Positions 59,076-64,000 of a stretch of DNA of 64,000 bases are shown here, piece by piece (position 1 is the stretch's first letter; each line of letters starts with the position of its first letter). The translations under genes were made by a program, and so were the position numbers. Source of the stretch: an uncultured Opitutus sp. (GTDB lineage: Bacteria > Verrucomicrobiota > Verrucomicrobiia > Opitutales > Opitutaceae); the NCBI GenBank assembly GCA_966252355.1, contig CBINOT010000001.1, forward strand, positions 724-64,723, given 5' to 3'. Below the pieces are notes generated by a model. That model was given only the letters and a program-made list of their open reading frames with translations. It was not told the DNA's origin and made no database searches.

Positions 59076-59495
59076 TCAGGCGGTCGCGAGCAAGACCGCC
59101 CCGGCCGCGATGAGCGCGCCGCCCAGCGCCGTCTTCCACGTAAGCGCCTCGCCCAGAAAGAGCGCCGCGAGCACGAGGACGAACACGACGCTGAGCTTGT
59201 CGATCGGCGCGACCTTTGCGGCCGGTCCGAGTTGAAGCGCGCGAAAATAACAAAGCCAGGACAAGCCCGTCGCGACGCCGGAGAGCGCGAGGTACAGCCA
59301 GGTGCGGCGCGAGAGCTCCGCGACGGCCGAGATCGGTCCGGTGGCCAACACGACGCCCCAGGCGAAGACGAGGACGACGGTGGTGCGAACCGCCGTCGCG
59401 AGATTCGAGTCGATACCCGACACGCCGATCTTGGCGAGAATCGCCGTGAGGCCCGCGAACAGCGCCGAAAGCAACGACCAAAGGAACCAGTTCAT
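59076..59495 (-). CDS. EamA/DMT small transporter
   Basis: LSALFAGLTAILAKIG...ATAVRT...SWLCYFRALQLG...VAPIDKLSVV. Confidence 0.92.
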   Translation of the reverse strand: MNWFLWSLLSALFAGLTAILAKIGVSGIDSNLATAVRTTVVLVFAWGVVLATGPISAVAELSRRTWLYLALSGVATGLSWLCYFRALQLGPAAKVAPIDKLSVVFVLVLAALFLGEALTWKTALGGALIAAGAVLLATA

Positions 59496-59526
59496 CGCAC
59501 CACCCAAGCGCCCAAGACCGATGGCG

Positions 59527-60978
59527 TCAGCCCAAGATTGGTTCAGCCGTCGCCTTGGGCGCCTGGCCGCGCCGCGCGATCGCGAACGCGACGCCCACGA
59601 GCAGCGCCGCGGCGGCAAACGTCACCTTCATCCCCAGGGCCACCGCGGCCGGAGCGGCCGTCGTGAGATCCGTCGTTCCCGCGCCGTAAGCGAATACGGC
59701 GCCCATCACCGAGGCGCCGGTCACGAGACCGAGATTGCGCGACAAGTTCAGCAGGCCCGAAATCGCCCCGCGTCGATCCGCCGCTGCGTCGCGCAGGACC
59801 GCGGTGTTGTTCGCCGTCTGGAACAGCGCGTAACTGCTCGTGACGATCACGATGGGTAGGACATAGCCGACGACGCCCAGTGCCGCGGGAAGCAAAGCGA
59901 GCACGGCGCAGCCGGTCGCGATGCCGACCAGCCCTATAACGGTCACGCGCGCCGCACCCACGCGATCGACCAGCTTGCCCGCCGGCGCCGCGGTCACCGC
60001 CGCGACCACCGGGCCCAGGGAGAGAACGAGTCCTACCACGGCCGGCGTCAGCCCGAGCCCGAGGGAAAGATAGAACGGCCCGACGACGAGCGTTGTCATC
60101 ATCACCGTCGAGACGAGCCCGCTCGTCAGCAAGCCCGCCCGTAACCCCGGATCGCGGAACGCCGCGAAGCGGACCAGCGGCGACGCGGCCTTCGCTTCGG
60201 CGAACACGAAGCCGCCGGCCGCGATCGCCGCGAGCGCCAACCAGGTCAGGTTCAAGCTTCCAAGATGGCCTCGACCCACGGTCATCGCACACGCATAGGC
60301 CCCGAGGGCGACGGCCAGCAGGAGCGTGCCGACGCCATCGAAACGTTCCCGATCGGATCGCGCGGGGTTTCCCGCGCCCGGCAAATAACGACGCGTCAGG
60401 AAAAAGGCCGCGAGGCCCAAGGGGACGTTGACGAGAAAGAGCGAGCGCCAACCGGCTGCCGCGATCAACGCGCCGCCGAGCGACGGACCGAGCGCCGTGC
60501 CGACCGCGGACATCGTGCCGAGCAATCCCAGGGCCCGGCCCGTCTGGGCCTTCGGCAGGGCGTCGCCGACAAAGGCCATGGTCAACGCCATCATCGCCGC
60601 GGCGCCCACGCCCTGAACCGCGCGGCCGACGGTCAGCAACCCGAGTGTCGGCGCAAAGCCGCACGCGGCCGACGCGAGCGTAAAGAGCAAGATCCCAGCC
60701 GAGAGCATCCGGCGGCGGCCAAGGAGGTCGCCCAGTCGCCCGGCACTGACGATCAGCGCTGTGATCGCCACGAGGTAGGCGAGGAGCACCCATTGCACCT
60801 GCTGAAACGAGGCGTCGAAGACCCGCGCCAAGGTGGGCAAACTCACGTTGGCGATGCTGGTGCCAAGCGACGAGAGCAACATGGACAGCGAAAGGCCCGC
60901 CAACGCCCAGCGGGCGGATGCGGCTGGCGCGGGGGCGGCCGGGCGGGGCGGAGCGGGTGGGGCGAGGATCGGCTTCAC
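59527..60978 (-). CDS. DHA2-type MFS efflux transporter
   Basis: IANVSLPTLA, QWVLLAYL, GRLGDLLGRRR, GRAVQGVGAA; ~14 TM segments; start uncertain (60978 or 61041). Confidence 0.92.
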   Translation of the reverse strand: MKPILAPPAPPRPAAPAPAASARWALAGLSLSMLLSSLGTSIANVSLPTLARVFDASFQQVQWVLLAYLVAITALIVSAGRLGDLLGRRRMLSAGILLFTLASAACGFAPTLGLLTVGRAVQGVGAAAMMALTMAFVGDALPKAQTGRALGLLGTMSAVGTALGPSLGGALIAAAGWRSLFLVNVPLGLAAFFLTRRYLPGAGNPARSDRERFDGVGTLLLAVALGAYACAMTVGRGHLGSLNLTWLALAAIAAGGFVFAEAKAASPLVRFAAFRDPGLRAGLLTSGLVSTVMMTTLVVGPFYLSLGLGLTPAVVGLVLSLGPVVAAVTAAPAGKLVDRVGAARVTVIGLVGIATGCAVLALLPAALGVVGYVLPIVIVTSSYALFQTANNTAVLRDAAADRRGAISGLLNLSRNLGLVTGASVMGAVFAYGAGTTDLTTAAPAAVALGMKVTFAAAALLVGVAFAIARRGQAPKATAEPILG

Positions 60979-61027
60979 GACGGCCGCAGGATACCCCAGC
61001 GATTGGCATGGCGGAAGACGCGCTATT

Positions 61028-61044
61028 TGCATTTCATACATGCA
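61028..61044. promoter_or_regulatory. Probable LysR binding box in the divergent promoter
   Basis: TGCA-N9-TGCA containing T-N11-A, between the MFS and LysR genes. Confidence 0.45.
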
Positions 61045-61081
61045 TGAAACGCCCTGCTACCCCCGGGACCTGCCTGATGCC

Positions 61082-61978
61082 ATGACGCGCCCTGACCTCA
61101 ATTTGCTCGTCACCTTGGATGTCCTGCTCGCCGAAGGCAGCGTGGCGCGCGCGGCGCGCCGCTTGCAGCTCAGCGCGTCGGCGATGAGCCGAGCGCTGGC
61201 GCGATTGCGTGCGGCCACCGGCGATCCGCTGTTGGTCCGGGCGGGCCGAGGCCTCGTGCCCACGCCGCGCGCCATCGAATTCCGGGAGCGCGTGAGTCAG
61301 CTCGTCCAGGAGAGCGAAGCGATGTTGCGGCCGGTGGGAAAACTCGACCTCGAACAACACGTCAGGACGTTCACGCTGCGGACCAGCGAAGGCTTCGTGG
61401 AAAATTTTGGCCCCGGTCTCATCGCGCGGGTCGAAAAGGAGGCGCCCGGCGTGCGGCTGCGCTTCGTGCAGAAGGCCAACAAAGACAGCGCCCCGTTGCG
61501 CGAAGGCGCGGTCGATCTGGAAACGGGCGTGGTCGAACCGACGACCGGTCCCGAGCTGCGCACGCAGGCGCTTTTCCGCGATCGCTACATCGGCGTCGTG
61601 CGGAAAGGACATCCGTTGAGTCGGGGCAAGATGACGCTGGCCCGCTACGCGTCCGGGCGGCACATCGGTGTCGCGCGCGACCTCAACCAGGATCCGATCG
61701 ACGGCGCGTTGGCCGCGCTCGACGCGAAGCGCGAGATCGCCGTGTCGCTCGTCGCGGGTTTTTCGACCGCCCTGGTGTTGGCGCGAGCATCCGACCTCAG
61801 CGCGAGCGTTCCGGAGCGCCACACGGGAAAACTGCGCGCCGGCCTGCATTGTTTTCCGCTGCCGCTTGCGCCGCTCGAGTTCACCGTGGCGCTGCTGTGG
61901 CATCCGCGGCTCGATGCGGATCCCGGTCATCGCTGGCTCCGGAGCCTCGTTCGGGAAGTCTGCGCGAGCGCGCGCTGA
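61082..61978 (+). CDS. LysR-family regulator
   Basis: DLNLLVTLDVLLAEGSVARAARRLQLSASAMSRALARLR...DPLLVR; divergent from the MFS gene. Confidence 0.95.
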   Translation: MTRPDLNLLVTLDVLLAEGSVARAARRLQLSASAMSRALARLRAATGDPLLVRAGRGLVPTPRAIEFRERVSQLVQESEAMLRPVGKLDLEQHVRTFTLRTSEGFVENFGPGLIARVEKEAPGVRLRFVQKANKDSAPLREGAVDLETGVVEPTTGPELRTQALFRDRYIGVVRKGHPLSRGKMTLARYASGRHIGVARDLNQDPIDGALAALDAKREIAVSLVAGFSTALVLARASDLSASVPERHTGKLRAGLHCFPLPLAPLEFTVALLWHPRLDADPGHRWLRSLVREVCASAR

Positions 61979-62145
61979 ACAGCGCCCGCAGCGATGAACG
62001 TGGCGTCGTCTCTGCGTGCGCCGGCTTCGCCGCGTTGTCCGTCTCCAGCGTAGCGGAAAGCGAACGTTCTTCGTCCGAAGGCACGCCCCGGCCGGTCCGC
62101 TTTTTCGCGGAGAATCTCCGCCGCGCCGGAAACCGCTCCAACGCG

Positions 62146-62203
62146 TAACAGGACAGAATATGTCCCCTTATCGTCGATAACAGGACATATTTTGTCCTGT
62201 TAT
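62146..62203. promoter_or_regulatory. Tandem palindromic operators upstream of the XRE gene
   Basis: TAACAGGACA-GAATA-TGTCCCCTTA (62146-62170) and the perfect ATAACAGGACA-TATTT-TGTCCTGTTAT (62177-62203). Confidence 0.8.
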
Positions 62204-62239
62204 GCCGTTTCGGGCGACGTTATGTTCCGGCCACTTTTC

Positions 62240-62656
62240 ATGAGCGACACCCTGCTTTCGACGCTCGCCGAGCGCGTGCATGCAGAACGCCTGCGACTTG
62301 GCTGGACGCAGTCCGAGGTCGCCGCCCGGCTCGGCGTTTCCGCCAAAACCTACGCGCGTTTCGAACGCTCCGCCGCGGTCACCGTCGCGCAGCTCGGGAA
62401 AGCGCTGGAGCTGCTCGGGCTCACCTTGCTCGTCGTGCCGGCGAATTCCGTCGCCGCGCCAATGCCGGATCCCAAGGCGCTTCGTTCCCGCCGCCGCGCC
62501 GGCGCGGTCGCAGGCGACGGCGACCAAGAAAACGGCGCGCGCGTCGACCGGATCCGGAGGCGCGCCCGCGCCCGCGCCCACGTTGGTGGCCGGCGCCTCG
62601 GCACCGGCACGCGCGAACGCCGCCTCGGCGAATGCGCCCGTTCGTCCCGCCGCTGA
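62240..62656 (+). CDS. XRE/HipB-like helix-turn-helix regulator
   Basis: LAERVHAERLRLGWTQSEVAARLGVSAKTYARFE; the C-terminal boundary is uncertain (possible frameshift). Confidence 0.8.
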   Translation: MSDTLLSTLAERVHAERLRLGWTQSEVAARLGVSAKTYARFERSAAVTVAQLGKALELLGLTLLVVPANSVAAPMPDPKALRSRRRAGAVAGDGDQENGARVDRIRRRARARAHVGGRRLGTGTRERRLGECARSSRR

Positions 62657-62954
62657 CGACATCGCGCGCGTCGCGAAAACGCAGCGCGACGCGATCCTGA
62701 TGCTGGTTCGCACCATCGTGATGAACGGCCTCACGAATTACACCTCGCAGCAGGTCGTGCGGAACGTCCTCAGCGCGCAACGCGGCCTGGCGCCGGCGGA
62801 TTGGCCCGCGTTCCTCGCCGCCGTGGAGGATCAGCTCAACGACCTCACGGCCGAAAATCTCGCGCTCTACGGCCTCGGCAGATCGCAGCTCGAGCGTTGG
62901 GCCGGCACCTGGAACCGCGACCTCGGCTTCGCCGGCGTTCTCGCGCCGAAGTAA
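62480..62954 (+). CDS. Hypothetical helical domain overlapping the XRE gene in another frame
   Basis: QRDAILMLVRTIVM...FLAAVEDQLNDLTAENLALYGLGRSQLERW is coding-like and recalls the C-terminal tail of long Fic proteins; the start is not resolved. Confidence 0.5.
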
Positions 62955-63431
62955 ATCGCGCGCGCGCGCGGCGCGTCGGTATCCGTGTCGGGCGGCGTCC
63001 ATCCGCCGTTAACCCGACGGGCGATGCTCGCGTTCGTTCTCGCCACCGGCGCCAGCGAGTGCCGCGGTCGAAACGCCCCCCCCCGCGACGAGGAATGCGC
63101 GGAGAAAAAATCGTCGTGGTTTTCGATGCGCTATATCAAAAGGCCGGCCGTTGCGGACGCTCGAAGGATCGCCACCGCAACACCATCCCGCTCGCCGGAT
63201 CGACTGACCCTCGACCTCGGAACGCCCGTCGACGAAGTCGGAGGTTAGAGCCGCGCCGAATCGCGCGGCTACGCCGATGCCGCAGAGCGGTAAGACCTAC
63301 GACGTAGCTCCGCTAGGACCTGCGGCACCTTGCGTTTAGCGGGCAAGCCGCAGTGCTCTCAAGCTGCGCGAAGCCAATGGGTGCGCCCTCGTCACCTGGC
63401 CTCGATCCCCCCGCGACCCTCACCCCGAAAT

Positions 63432-64000
63432 ATGAAGCACATCCTTGCTACGCTTACGCCCAAATCGCTCCTTGGACTCATCGGCCTGATCGCAGCGCTG
63501 ACGCTCACCTCGGCAGCGCCCGCCGCGACTCTCCGCCGGCCGGTCTCGCCGACCACCCCGATGTATCTGATGCAGGTGGATCTCACCGTCGGCGAAGATC
63601 CACAAGGCGCGATCAATACCGTGCCCAGCGACATCAAGCCCTATGTCGTCATGATGATGTGTCCCTCCGGCACGTCGACGACTGGTCCCGCCGACGCGGA
63701 CAATTTCTGCAATATCTGCCTCGCTAATGGCATGTGGGCCATGGTCCAGGTCTCGTCCGGCGTCACGAATACGTTTTCGGACACCGATACGTCGGGCTAC
63801 GAGGCGCTCTTTCAGAAGTACCCGAATTTGATCGGATTTTGTTTTGCGGAACAGAACTGGGGTTTCGATTCCACCACGTTCGCGACGCGACTGACGTTAT
63901 TTGCGAACCTCCTGCCCCTCGCCAACCAATATGGCGGCTACCTCTATATAAACGAGATGCAATCGTACTCCAATCGGAGCTGGAATACGGTTTCGAAATT
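63432..64000 (+). CDS. Secreted glycoside hydrolase family 98-like protein, 3'-truncated by the window edge (absent from the ORF track)
   Basis: Translated by hand: signal peptide, LRRPVSPTTPMYLMQVD...PSDIKPYVVM and GFCFAEQNWGF, matching the GH98 LRRPISP...AEQFWG pattern. Confidence 0.75.
   Translation, partial: MKHILATLTPKSLLGLIGLIAALTLTSAAPAATLRRPVSPTTPMYLMQVDLTVGEDPQGAINTVPSDIKPYVVMMMCPSGTSTTGPADADNFCNICLANGMWAMVQVSSGVTNTFSDTDTSGYEALFQKYPNLIGFCFAEQNWGFDSTTFATRLTLFANLLPLANQYGGYLYINEMQSYSNRSWNTVSK

Noticed and set aside
62955-63431. Intergenic region with a poly-C run and short ORFs
   Set aside because: No coding signature or repeat; probably the promoter region of the GH98 gene.
1-64000. 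CRISPR array, rRNA, tRNA or riboswitch
   Set aside because: No regularly spaced repeat-spacer pattern or recognisable structured-RNA signature was seen by eye; an Infernal/Rfam scan would be needed to exclude small RNAs.

Overview
A GC-rich bacterial chromosomal window. The gene types (ECF sigma factor with a C-terminal extension, WA..DP helical-repeat proteins, Big-domain secreted proteins) suggest Verrucomicrobia/Opitutaceae; this is inference. Left to right: (1) carbohydrate genes (5'-partial GH2 beta-galactosidase, PL3 pectate lyase) and an operon of two paralogous helical-repeat proteins plus two ankyrin proteins. (2) A dense signalling region with a MEDS-PAS kinase, an extended ECF sigma factor followed by a stand-alone paralog of its extension, a NarX/NarL-type pair, and kaiC-kaiB coupled to a hybrid PAS kinase and receiver proteins. 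(3) A visibly less GC-rich block of about 22 kb (~27.9-50.0 kb), all on the minus strand. It holds a compact type IV filament (T4P/T2SS-like) machine of five pilin-type genes, divergent PilT, a GspL-like protein, a PilO-like protein, PilB, PilC and a secretin. These are followed by a one-ring 'mini-Clp' ATPase, a frameshifted secreted Ig-domain protein, an IS3-disrupted secreted alpha/beta-hydrolase (putative polymorphic toxin) and a decaying array of candidate immunity genes. (4) NAD kinase and a nucleotidyltransferase-methyltransferase fusion, converging on an NrtR-controlled NAD-salvage/ADP-ribose operon (nrtR-pncA-PARG-like-vault-like-macro-kptA, plus pncB) with three visible GT-N7-AC operators. 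(5) EamA, MFS/LysR, an XRE regulator with tandem operators, and a 3'-partial GH98. The two best candidates for undescribed systems are the type IV filament + mini-Clp + toxin/immunity locus and the major-vault-protein-like gene embedded in the ADP-ribose operon. No rRNA, tRNA, CRISPR array or integrase was seen. All family assignments come from motif recognition by eye; no searches were run.
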